Shown here: positions 52,686 through 63,926 of the stretch, in pieces | Position numbering within the stretch: the stretch's first letter is position 1 | Layout of the letters: each line of letters starts with the position of its first letter | Notes under the pieces: generated by a model | Seen by the model: the letters and a program-made list of their open reading frames with translations, nothing else | Database searches by the model: none | Told to the model about the DNA's origin: nothing | Program-made: the position numbers and the translations under genes | Assembly (NCBI GenBank): GCA_051294375.1 | Contig: CM119268.1 | Coordinates: 1,043,218 to 1,107,143 of the forward strand | Direction of reading: 5' to 3' | Source: Paraspadella gotoi | Taxonomy: Eukaryota > Animalia > Chaetognatha | Length of the DNA: 63,926 bases

Positions 52686-52726
<41 letters not shown>

Positions 52727-52728
<2 letters not shown>

Positions 52729-53023
52729 TGGCAGATGGAATCATAACCAAGAATGGAATCGGATCCGCGACTCGGCTGAAATCCGCCGAGGTCTCTCTGA
52801 TTGGATGAAACATCATTGAAACAGACCAATGAGAAGACGGGCTTCATGCCACCGGGAAACGAGCCCGTGTCGATGATCCGATTGTAGAGTATAAAATACC
52901 AGACCATTTTGTATTGAATCCATTCGGTCTCAAATTCTGGACACCGTCTTTTGCTTGTGACTTTTCTGAGAATAAAATCCACTTTCGGTTTCAGGTTGAA
53001 ATCTCTGTCTACTTACTTAAATG
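52727..53023 (+). mobile_element. LTR-like segment (U3-R-U5 arrangement) followed by a tRNA-Leu primer-binding site
   Basis: CCAAT boxes (ctgattgg 52797, gaccaatg 52824), TATAAAA (52890) and AATAAA (52971), then TGGTGGCAGCGG at 53024. Flanked on both sides by (TAA)n. Lacks clean TG..CA termini. Confidence 0.5.
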
Positions 53024-53057
53024 TGGTGGCAGCGGTGGGATTCGAACCCACGCCTCC
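53024..53057 (-). pseudogene. 3' fragment (34 nt) of tRNA-Leu (AAG/TAG type) including CCA; not a complete tRNA gene
   Basis: Minus strand reads GGAGGCGTGGGTTCGAATCCCACCGCTGCCA-CCA, i.e. the variable-arm end, T-arm and acceptor strand of canonical metazoan tRNA-Leu plus CCA. The 5' half is replaced by (TTA)n. Confidence 0.8.
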
Positions 53058-53199
53058 ATAATAATAATAAATAAATCTAAAGATTGATCGACGTTTGATT
53101 GCGTGGCTGCCTTACAGACCAACGCTGTCTTTCACTTTCATTTGCCCTAAACCGCCATGCCACATTTGCTGCCCGACTGCCCGACTGCCCTAACTCCCT

Positions 53200-53477
53200 C
53201 GCCCCCTCGCCACTCCTCTTAATGCTCCCACGTGAGCCTCTTTACTTGCGGCGGTCGAGTTGCCCGGAAATCGCGTCCGTAGCGTTTCAGTCGTACGTGC
53301 GACCGTGCGCCAGTCGTCCATGCGACCAGCCGCGTCGCCTCACGTTCGCAGCCAGCAGAGTCCGTCCTGGTTAGTCCGTACGCGTGGAGGCGCTAAACAA
53401 ATTTCGTCGTCGTCGTCGTCGTCGCGTCGTCGTCGACGTCGCGTCGTGCATCATCGAAATCGTTGTCGAAAAGAAGG
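53200..53477 (+). promoter_or_regulatory. CpG-rich candidate promoter / non-coding first exon
   Basis: CpG-dense stretch ending in AAG|GTAAGA donor at 53478. Confidence 0.3.
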
Positions 53478-54162
53478 TAAGAGGTAAGAGCCTAAAACCC
53501 ACATCCAACTCCCCCCAACCCCACCCAAAACCCTCCAACGCCCCAAAGCCCCCACAAACCCCAAACCAACCCCAACGGCCCCCCCAAACCCCATCACCTA
53601 ATCCTAATGCTAAACACGAGTCTTAAAAACCTAAATCTTCAACTTAATCCTAAACCCTACCCTACTTAATCCTTAACTTAATCTTTTACCATAACTTTAT
53701 AACCTAAAATTTAATTCCGAATTTAATTATATCGGTCGCTTTGGGGAAAATGAGGACGAGAAAAAAAAGGAATCCATGCCATTGCATCGGCAAGGTGAAG
53801 AAGGCTCCCTTACAAGTTACACAGTGAGCCTTACGATCGATCCTAGTGATTCCTTCGATCGATTCACTGCTCTCCTCCCTGCTCTCCTCCTCCTCAGTCT
53901 CTCATTCTCTCTCTCTCATCTCTCTCTCTCTCTCTGCTCTCTCTAGCTCTCTTCCTCTAGTCTTCCTCTCTAGTACTCCCCGCGCGGCACTCGAGCGTAC
54001 AGTACGACTTCGTCGCGGAATCCAGAATCGAAGGAGAGACTGATATAAAATGCGAAGCAGCCTTAGACTCTCTAGGCCGTGAAATGGGAGAGAGGAGAGA
54101 GAGAGAGAGAGAGAGAAGAGGAGAGAGGGAGAGAGAGAGAGAGAGAGAGAGGAGGAGAGAGA

Positions 54163-54193
<31 letters not shown>

Positions 54194-54204
54194 GAAGGAG
54201 AGAG

Positions 54205-54245
<41 letters not shown>

Positions 54246-54259
54246 GAGAAGAGAGAAAG

Positions 54260-54290
<31 letters not shown>

Positions 54291-54894
54291 AGATAGAACG
54301 AGAGAGAAGAGAAGAGAGAGAGAGAAGAGAGAGGGAGAGATGAGAGAGAAGAGAGAGAGAGAGAAGAGAGAAGAGAGGAAAGAGATGACGAGAGAGAGAG
54401 AGAGAGAAGAGAGAGAGAGGATACAGAGAGAGGAGAAACGGTGGAGCAAGATAGGTAGAGAGATGAGAGCAGAGAGAGAGAGAGAGGATAGAGAGAGAAG
54501 AGGAGGGAGGGATGAGAGAGGAGATGAGAGGAAGAGAGAGAGTCCATATATCCATCGGTTTCGACACGAGACGACGGGAAAAACAGGACACAAAACATGA
54601 GAAAACAATAAAGAAAACATAAAAGATTCTCTCATCTCGGACGAAATGAATACAGTATGAAAAATCTAAAATTAAAATTAAAAATAATAAAAAATTAATA
54701 GAAAAATTACAAAAATTATTAAGAACCATCGTATGTACTGATTATCGCTTCATGCTCTATGTAGTATCGGAGGTCTAAAAAAATACACTGAAAAATGAAA
54801 ATAATATTAAAATTCAAATTCAAATTCAAATTAAACTATCACAAAAAATAATCAGAAACGAAAATGGGGGAAAAAGGAAATTTCCTTTTTTTTC

Positions 54895-55053
54895 TTGCCA
54901 GTACTTTTTCCGCGCATGCGCCCTAGACGCCGCGCCTTGGGGCCACGCCCCCTACCCTGCGCACCTGGCGGCGTCTCGCGGCGTCTCTTGAAACCCGCCA
55001 CGACGCCTCGGCAGCCACGCCCATCGAGTCATTTGTATTCTCTCCGCGCCGCG
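54895..55053. promoter_or_regulatory. CpG-rich promoter-like patch
   Basis: GCGCATGCGC (NRF1/Ewg-type palindrome, 54912) and GCCACGCCC GC-boxes (54942, 55014) in a very GC-rich patch next to a gap. Confidence 0.35.
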
Positions 55054-55199
55054 NNNNNNNNNNNNNNNNNNNNNNNNNNNNNNNNNNNNNNNNNNNNNNN
55101 NNNNNNNNNNNNNNNNNNNNNNNNNNNNNNNNNNNNNNNNNNNNNNNNNNNNNNNNNNNNNNNNNNNNNNNNNNNNNNNNNNNNNNNNNNNNNNNNNNN

Positions 55200-55234
<35 letters not shown>

Positions 55235-56864
55235 GTCTTCATTATATTATTTTTATCTTCTTCGAGAGACGTTGATTAACGTCGCCGGAAATTCTGCCGG
55301 AAATTCTAGTCCTCGATATAATTTCGGCCGAGAGATTTCGCTGCGCATTTCATTATGATTTCAGGGGANNNNNNNNNNNNNNNNNNNNNNNNNNNNNNNN
55401 NNNNNNNNNNNNGCGGTAATGGCAGACGGCGCTCTGTACTGGAAAAAGGCCAACCGTCCAACGTGGATGCTTGGATAATTACTCTGTATTTAAAAACAAA
55501 TTATGACCATAAAAACAAAATCATCCAGGGATTTTGTCATTTCTCATGATAATTGAGATCAGACTGTTTCGACTGTCTTTACTGACTCCAGACTGTTTCG
55601 ACTGTCTTTACTGACTCCAGACTGACTCGAATACTGGAAGTCGAAAGAGAGAAACAGAATAATAAAAAGGAAAGAAGAACAAAAAAACCCAATGACGGGC
55701 GAAATTGGGAAAAAGAGAGAAAATGAAAAACGGCTTTTTGAGAGANNNNNNNNNNNNNNNNNNNNNNNNNNNNNNNNNNNNNNNNNNNNNNNNNNNNNNN
55801 NNNNNNNNNNNNNNNNNNNNNNNNNNNNNNNNNNNNNNNNNNNNNNNNNNNNNNNNNNNNNNNNNNNNNNNNNNNNNNNNNNNNNNNNNNNNNNNNNNNN
55901 NNNNNNNNNNNNNNNNNNNNNNNNNNNNNNNNNNNNNNNNNNNNNNNNNNNNNNNNNNNNNNNNNNNNNNNNNNNNNNNNNNNNNNNNNNNNNNNNNNNN
56001 NNNNNNNNNNNNNNTTTTTTCTTTCGTCTCGGCGCCTTATTAATAATCTCTTTCGCTCAGCGTAATAATAAATTCCTTTCGGAACTGGTGAGCTGGCACA
56101 CTCAGGCACACTCAGGCACACAAATGGAAACAAAAAAAAAGTCAATTACCCGAAGCTATTCGTTTGCGAAGTCGACTGATTTTGTTTAATCTTTTACTGA
56201 TTTTGATTTTATATATTTCATAGGGACATTGACATTGCATCGGAAGGCGGTTGAAGTCTACTGTTTAGCAACATTGTTAAAAAAAAAAGAAAACATAAAT
56301 TGAGATAGTTTCTGGGGGGAAGAACGGACAGCGGGACATTACAGATAAATCGAGGTCAAGAGGCGCAGTTTTGCGCGTTAACCAAAATGAGAAGCGCAGG
56401 TTTGCGCGTTTACCAATAAAAAGGCAAAAAAATCGTTTTGACGAATGTGAATAAAAAAAATTAAAATTTAGCGCCTGAAGTAACGAAAAGAAAGAGAGAG
56501 ATAGAGTGGCTGAACAAGTCGACTGGCCTGGAGGTAACTGGGAAATACCAGCTATGCAATATGTCCAGAAATCTGCTGTCTTCCTGAATGCTTGTTGTTA
56601 CGCCCAAAACGAATTATTTATGAAGCTTAATTTTAGGAAATTTAAAAATTTTAATAATTTAACTTTATTTTAGGAAATTTAAAGATTTTAATAATTAATT
56701 TTAATTTTAAAAAATGAATATACTTAATAAACTTAAATAAACTTAGTAACTTAATAATAACTTAAATAAACTTAATTTTAAAAAAATAATAAACTTAAAA
56801 AAACTTAATAAACTTAATTTTAAGAAATTGAAAAATTGAAAAATTGAAAATTTTAGTAACAATG

Positions 56865-56927
<63 letters not shown>

Positions 56928-57247
56928 TACATTCACGTTGAACGTGATTGACAGAATTCACTCTGCATTATAATCGTCAATCAGAATCTCTCACGGATTC
57001 ACAGAATCTGGCGTCACCGTCTCCCCTCATCATTTTTTTTTCATCGCTTAGATTTTTTTTGTCTTTTACTTTTTCCGACTTAAAAAAAAAGTTTTTGTTT
57101 TTAATGAGATGTATTAAAAAATTTTGTCACGGAGAAATAATCTCAATGTGAATATTGTTTCACAGGTCGTTCTTCGTTTATTTTTTGTTACGTTATACGT
57201 TAGTAATTCGCTGGAGTTAATATATTCTTTGAAATATTATACCATTT

Positions 57248-57439
57248 TATTGATAAGGAAGCCAGGTACTCTTGGAGTGAATAAGCGAGACTGTGAGAGA
57301 GTCTTGATTGAAAGATTGCAGGGACCTGCTATGTCATTATCTTGTAAGAGTGATGGAGGCCTTAAACCAGCAAAGCCTATCAAAAGTTATTTATTTATTG
57401 AATGAATGGATAATTTTATATTGGTTGTACCAATTTCAT
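57248..57439 (-). mobile_element. Repeat family A copy
   Basis: ttgataaggaagccaggtactcttggagtgaataa...gagtgatggaggccttaaacc...attggttgtaccaatttcat. Confidence 0.8.
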
Positions 57440-57894
57440 CGAACCTCTTTCAATACTTTTTTTCCAAGCCGGTCATGCATTTAAATATTTAATTAATAAT
57501 TACCTTTCTTTCTTCATTATAATCGTTATAAGACTTATATCTCTCCCGTTAATTACTTTTCAACTTTTCTCTTTCTCTCTCTCTCCGTCACAGCGAAAGC
57601 CGATCAAACAGCGAAGTCTCATTCGCGTCCTCGCGTTGCTTATGATATATCACATATGATATATCACTTATGATGCATCGCTTATGATTAATAACTTTTT
57701 CCCCTTTTTAATTCATCACTCATCCTCGTCATTTATCACTCTTTGTCAACCGCCTCCGCTGTCAAGCCTTGACTCAAGGCTCCAATCTTTCTCCCCAAAT
57801 AACTCCGCTCATTCTGGGTGTGGGAATACGTTTGTGTGTGAGAATTTCTCGGAAATCGTGAGTCGGGTGCTCGAGTCCTCCTCGGGTGTTCTCG

Positions 57895-57980
57895 CAGATG
57901 CCGGGGATGAAGTGACGATGGCATCTGTCCACATGACAGATGCCGGGGATGAAGTGACGATAGCATCTGTCCAGATGACA
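57895..57980 (+). repeat. 42-bp direct duplication, each unit a hairpin
   Basis: CAGATGCC-ggggatgaagtgacgat-GGCATCTG-tccacatga, twice. Confidence 0.75.
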
Positions 57981-59721
57981 CTTGTCTCCCTTATTTAAAA
58001 TGTTTTTTTTATTGTTGGTCGATAGAGAGAAAACGCTATGATATTCGAATTTGTTTTCTGATAATTAATTTTTAATGAATAATATAATTAAAAATGAATT
58101 AAATGAAATAAAAAATGAATAACGCCGAGGATAACGACGACGACAAAGATTGTAAAAGACGACCCTTTCAATGTGAAAACCACGACAACGACGACGACGA
58201 CGACGACGCCTCTTGGTAATAAATGCTTCCAAGGTGATAACGAGTCGTCCCCCAACTGGCGAACGCGCGTCGCGTCTCAGCTGGAATCTTGAACGACCGA
58301 CGACTTTTCTCGTGAGACTAACGAATCGTTATCCTCAAAAATAGCATCGCAGTTTTGCCATCTTGTTATATGAAGAGATTCTTCTAAAAACTGGCAACCG
58401 CGCGTGCGCCGCAGGGCGTTCGGTACCATTCCTTGCATCGCTACCGCGTTCGTCAACGCTAGAGGCTGACGGAGTTTCTCTCTCCGCTAATTAGTAAAGA
58501 GGTTTTAGTTGTTCGAGTCGCTAAATGGTTGATGGCAGATGGAAGATGGCAGACGGCGAAACGGTTGATGGCAGACGGCAGACGGCGAAACGGTTGATGG
58601 CAGATGGCAGACGCCAAAGCGGAAGATGAGAGGTTGAGAGGCGTTGACTTATCTTTTGCTTCGAGTTCAGTTTTGACGCCTTAAGCCTGGAGGACGTCAA
58701 AGTCAACGTCGCAAAACTTCACGTTTTCATCTCGTGAGGTTGTGAATCGTCGTCGTGGTCGTCGTCACTATGGTCGTCATCATTGTGGTCGTCGTTTTGG
58801 TTGTCATTGTTGATGCGTCGTCCTTGTTCGGGTCGTTGTCATTGTGGTCATTGTCGTTATCGTCGTCGTTATCGTCGTCATGGTGGTCCTCGTTGTTGTG
58901 GTCCTCGTCATTGTGGTGGTCGTTGTTACAGTCAGTATTCTGGTTGCCATTGTGTTTTTCACCATTGTGGTCTTGTCGTTCATGTTATAGTCGTCGTCAT
59001 TGTTGCAATCTTTTTTATCGTCATTGTCTCGGTCGTTCGTTGTGGCGTCCGTCGTCGTAATGTGGGGTCGTCCGTCGTTGTCGGTTCGCTCCGTTCATTG
59101 TGGTCCGTCGCTCATTTGTGGTCCTCGTTCGTTGGGTTCCTCCTTCATTGTGGGGGGGGTCGTCGTCCGTTATGTAGGTTCGTCGGTCCGATGTCGAATC
59201 GTTTCGGATTGTAAGGTCGTCGTTGTTGACGCGTCGTCCTTGTTGTGGTCGTCGTCATCGTCGTCGTTTCTGTCTTCACCACAGGTGAACGTCTTCAAAA
59301 GTCATTGATCTGGATATTCGTCCGACGATCACAATCGAAGCGAAAGACAACAACAACAAAATTAACAACAACAACTACGATCGGATTTTGAGATTAAAAC
59401 TCTGGCGTCGAGAGGGAAAGTCCTGTAACGAAAACAAAATCAAAAACAAAGACAAAAACAAAAGATTCATTGAATACTTTTTGTTTTTAAACTTTAGATT
59501 TAAATACATTAAGTTGAAAACAAAAACTATTCTTATTCGTTTCCGTTGTTGATGTTTCTACCAAGAAACATTGTGAATTTAATTCTTCGTCGTCGTCGTC
59601 GTCGTCGCGAACTGACATCGGCTCGAAAACTTGAAAAATGTCGGTAAGTCTGTCGGTAAGAGGAAGAGTAGAAGAAACAATTAATTTAGTACAGGAAATC
59701 TCGTTAAGAGGAAAAAGGTTT

Positions 59722-60045
59722 TTTAGTTGCGTCGCGAGTACTCTATAAGTCACTTTTTGGTCAGTCTGTCGGTCGGTCGGTGGGTACGTCGGTATGTCTG
59801 TCCGTCGGTCTGTCCCACTTACGTTAAAAATGCATATAATTTGCCTATAGTTGGTTGCTCATTTTTTAAGACAGAAAAAACCTCAATTCTAAGAGACTGC
59901 TAGCGCCGCCTTCAGGAATTCTTAAAACTATAAGGAATAAAAGACGGGATGTGATCAAAGGGAAATACATGTAAAAATAAAGTCACTGCGGCGNNNNNNN
60001 NNNNNNNNNNNNNNNNNNCGCAACACATCTGGAAATTACACGTAT
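59722..60045 (+). mobile_element. Family B element (interrupted by a 25-N gap)
   Basis: ttttagttgcgtcgc..taagtcactttt..gtcggtcggtcgg..ggtctgtcccactta..agttggttgctcattt..gactgctagcgccg..gtcactgcggcg[N]cgcaac. Confidence 0.65.
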
Positions 60046-61199
60046 TAATTTTTTTAATTCCTCCTTGAAGAGATTCTAAAATGTGTAATGTTTAGATTAG
60101 CAGCGTTTCATCTGCGGCGTTGCAAAGGGAAATACAAATGCCAATTGACATACCAAGTCCAGGTTTTGGAAACATTGACGTGACCAAGAATGATCTTGTT
60201 TTATATACAAAATATTCACGCAGTACTAATGATAGTTAAATGCGAAAAAATTATTCGATTATCTAACAAAAAAAATGTTTAAAAAAACATCAGAAATAAA
60301 ACAATTCTGCGTCATGTTAAAAGTCAAATAAAGACTTTTAGTCGCCCAACGAAAAAAACCCCTAACTTCTTGGAGTTTTAATGATTGGTTATTTCGGGCC
60401 GAGGGGAGTCGTCCCATTGTTCGTCGTTGTCGTGTGTGTTGTCGTTCGTTCGGATTGTATCAGTTCGTTGTCATTTTGTTATCTCTTTCAAAACCACCAA
60501 AAGGGACGGTTATATATTCAGACGTAACACAATTTGTCTTCCTGCCTCCCATAGATTCTCATGGACAAACAGAAAAGGTCCGCCGTCCGTAAAAAATCTT
60601 AAAACCCATAATTTTCTTCTTTTCGCCAGTTTTGCGCCTAAGCCTGACGAGCGGACGAACGAAGGGCGCCTGTGTGAGAGATCAGCAAGTTGCGGCCTGG
60701 ATCGGACCGAGCCTGGACACGTGACCGGACTTTGATTTTTTTTTCGGTGCATATAGAAGGGAGTAGCCGAGTGAAATCAACGTTCAATTATACAACGGAA
60801 GAAAAAAAAGAAAAAAAAGAAGCTTTTTTGTTTTCTTTTTCCTCCTCCCATCCAGGACCTTCCTTCCTTTCTTCTCTCTCTCATCTCTCTCTCTCTCTCT
60901 CATCTCTCTTCTCTTCTCTCTCCTCTCTCTCTTCCTCTCTTCTCTCTCTCTCTACCGCCTCTTTTTCTCTTTTTCGTTCCTCTTCCTGATGGCTCGCTAC
61001 ACGTCTCGGAAAAGAAAGCGGCCGTGGCGGCTCGTTTTAACCTACATTCGTTGGCTTTTTCTTTTCTATTTCTTTTCTTTTCTTTTCTCTTTCTATCTTC
61101 TTTTCTTGATTCCTTTTTTTCTTTTCTTTTCTTTTCTTTTCTTCTTTTCTCCCAATTTCCTTCTTTTTTTTCTTTTCTTTTTCTTTTCTTTTCTATTTC

Positions 61200-62520
61200 T
61201 TTTTCTTTTCTTTTCTTTCTCTATTTCTAATCCCTTCCAACTTTTCTCGCACACCAATCCGATTTCACCGATTCGAATTTCTCGGTCGGAAAACCGCGTA
61301 CCGTTTATAATAGTGTTAACTTCACCAGTCTACCAAGATTTAACAGGAGACTATGGTTCCGCTTGGAAATGCATCGTCGGATGAATTGTTACCCAGAGTG
61401 TCACGTCGAAGGTGTCACGTCAGAGTAGTGTCACGGCGACAGCTTGGGCGGAAACAAGACGACACCGTCAATCGCCGGCCCGAACGACGCGAAGAAACCT
61501 AAATTTATCTGACCACGAGGACGCAATTCGAAGCGCCCGCCGCGACGCCCGACGGGAATAATTACCGCACTAAAGCAGGGCGCGACGCCAAGCAATGCCA
61601 CGCTACGCAAGACGCGACACGCCACAAGTATGTTTTGCACCACAGCGCTACGCAGCATGACGCGAAAGAAATGGACCACGTTGCGACGCGCAAGCACGCA
61701 GATTAGCCAAAAAGAATGCCGCAACTACGCCAGACGTGAGACGCGAATGCTGTCGAGTTCCACTCCCATTTACGTCTTAAATACGTTTCCATTCGGCCCG
61801 AACAAAAGGTTGTTATTGGACATTCGTCGTCCGGTCGTGTCGTCGTCGATCTTCTGTCTTCGACGTCGTCACCGTCGTCGTCGATCTTACATCCTATTCT
61901 TTTCTTTTCTTTTCTTTTCTTTTCTTTTCATTTCATTCTTTTCTAATCCCTCCACTTTTCCTCGCCCCAATCCGCATTTCACGATTCGCATTCTCGGTCG
62001 GACCGCGTTTACAATAGTGTAACTTCACAGTCTACAGATTTACAGACCACGTTCCGCTTGAATGCATCGTCGGATGAAATTGTACCCAGAGTGTCACGTC
62101 GAGTGTCACGTCGAGTGTCACGTCGAGTGTCACGTCGAGTGTCACGTCGAGTGTCACGTCGAGCTTGGGCGGAACAAGACGACGTCACGCGGCCGAACGA
62201 CGCGAGACCTAATTATCTTGACACGAGACGCAATTCGACGCCGCGCGACGCCGACGGAATACCGCGCTAAGCAGCGCGACGCCAAGTAGTGCCACGCTAC
62301 AAAGCGCGACGCCAAGTAATGCCACGCTACGCAGCATGACGCGGAAGAAATGGCGTGCGACGCAGCGCGATGCCAAAAGAATGCCGCACTACGCAACGTG
62401 ACGAATGCTGTCGAGTCCTCCCATTTACGTCTAATACGTTTCCATCGCCGAAAGGTTGTTTTGACATCGTCGTCGTCGTCGTCGTCGNNNNNNNNNNCGT
62501 CGTCGTCGTCTTCGTCGTCG
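61200..62520 (+). repeat. Tandem ~650-bp duplication, first copy insertion-riddled
   Basis: 61225-61880 matches 61940-62520 with many extra single bases. The second copy holds (GAGTGTCACGTC)x6 at 62089-62160. Confidence 0.8.
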
Positions 62521-63072
62521 TCGTCGAATCGAATGACGAAGAAAAAGCGAAACCTTCGCATCGAATCCGTGACGTCATTTTGTATCGATGACGCGGAATT
62601 CCCCGTCACTTTACGTCATCCTGTTTTTTTATTTTTGCCGCGATAACAATAGCGAGAGCGAGACAATAGTTCAACCAGTTTTTACTGCCTTTATTTATTT
62701 TTTTTTATTTTTATTTTTTTTTACGATTTACTCATATTACGAAGTAATTCAATTGAATTTTATAAACTTTTACTACTGGATTACTTCTCAATGTCAAATA
62801 TAATTTTTACTATTAATCTTTTTGAAGCTAAATTTAATACTATTGCTCCCGAAGAAAAAAACTAACTAACAATTATAAACGAAAGAAAACAAATAAAAAG
62901 AAACAAAGAAAAAAAATAAAAGGAAAGGCGAAACTCAAAAATTAAAAAAAGAAAAAAAACTTTTTGGTTCCATCCCAACGTTCGACTTCGAGCGACAGAC
63001 GATTCCATCGAAGCGAGCCTTACTTCGCGTTTTATCGCTTCGCCTTTCGCCATCTAGAGACGGAAGACCCCA

Positions 63073-63196
<124 letters not shown>

Positions 63197-63672
63197 AGGC
63201 CATCAACAAACCTTTCCTCCCTTCCTTCCCCTTCGGCCTCTGATTCACGGGACATGGACCGATTTGAATCTATACAACCCTCGGGACATGGACATGGACA
63301 TGGACACCTGAGATGGACATGGACACGAGACATGGACACGGGACATGGACCTACTTGAATCTAGACAACCCTTTCCCNNNNNNNNNNNNNNNNNNNNNNN
63401 NNNNNNNNNNNNNNNNNNNNNNNNNNNNNNNNNNNNNNNNNNNNNNNNNNNNNNNNNNNNNNNNNNNNNNNNNNNNNNNNNNNNNNNNNNNNNNNNNNNN
63501 NNNNNNNNNNNNNNNNNNNNNNNNNNNNNNNNNNNNNNNNNNNNNNNNNNNNNNNNNNNNNNNNNNNNNNNNNNNNNNNNNNNNNNNNNNTCTCATTCGC
63601 CATCTTGTCTTTCTCTTCTTCCGGTCGTTGGCTTCGTCCTTTCTGTAGTGATCAACGCGATTAAGAGCAATT

Positions 63673-63741
63673 GACGCTCGTGGCGTTAGTGACGCACGTG
63701 GCGTTAGTGACGCTCGTGGCGTTAGTGACGCACGTGGCGTT
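63673..63741 (+). repeat. 18-bp minisatellite x4
   Basis: (GACGCWCGTGGCGTTAGT) x~4. Confidence 0.8.
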
Positions 63742-63926
63742 GTTGGCGAGTTTGACGTAGCGATTTGGCGAAACAAATTATTGTGTCGGAGTCGAAGGAG
63801 GAAATCGTGGTTTCTTCTGGGAGGTCCGAGCAGATTTTCTTTCTCAGCTTGACTCCTAGTCTGTCTATTTTTCTTTATTTCTTTCTTTCTTACTTACTTT
63901 CTTTCTTTCCCCTCCACTTCCACCCG

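Noticed and set aside
53024-53057. Functional tRNA-Leu gene
   Set aside because: Only the 3' 34 nt are present. The D-arm and anticodon arm are absent.

Overview
AT-rich, microsatellite-laden eukaryotic (invertebrate metazoan-like) genomic DNA from a gappy draft assembly with noisy long-read patches. It has many exactly 25-N gaps, homopolymer indels and noisy duplicated blocks. Most ORFs in the track are low-complexity or N-run artefacts. Recognisable genes cluster in the first 12 kb: (1) the last seven exons of a PTPN14/PTPN21 (Pez)-type tyrosine phosphatase (250-2310, +); (2) an intron-free PITPNC1/rdgB-beta coding sequence with frameshifts (5627-6481, +); (3) an unrecognised spliced Gly/Arg-rich, probably secreted protein; (4) a minus-strand gene whose putative signal peptide is built from 8-, 51- and 19-nt coding exon pieces. 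A ~1.85-kb inverted duplication (6027-7882 / 9259-11118) copies part of (2) and (3) and looks like a mis-oriented overlapping contig. The rest is intronic/intergenic: a tRNA-derived SINE family, a DINE-1/HINE-like family, a ~240-bp unclassified repeat, many minisatellites, and promoter-like CpG-rich patches. The most unusual object is a ~300-bp LTR-like segment fused to the complement of the 3' 34 nt of mature tRNA-Leu (CCA included), lying inside a (TAA)n tract at 52727-53057. I see no convincing evidence of a wholly new multi-gene system.
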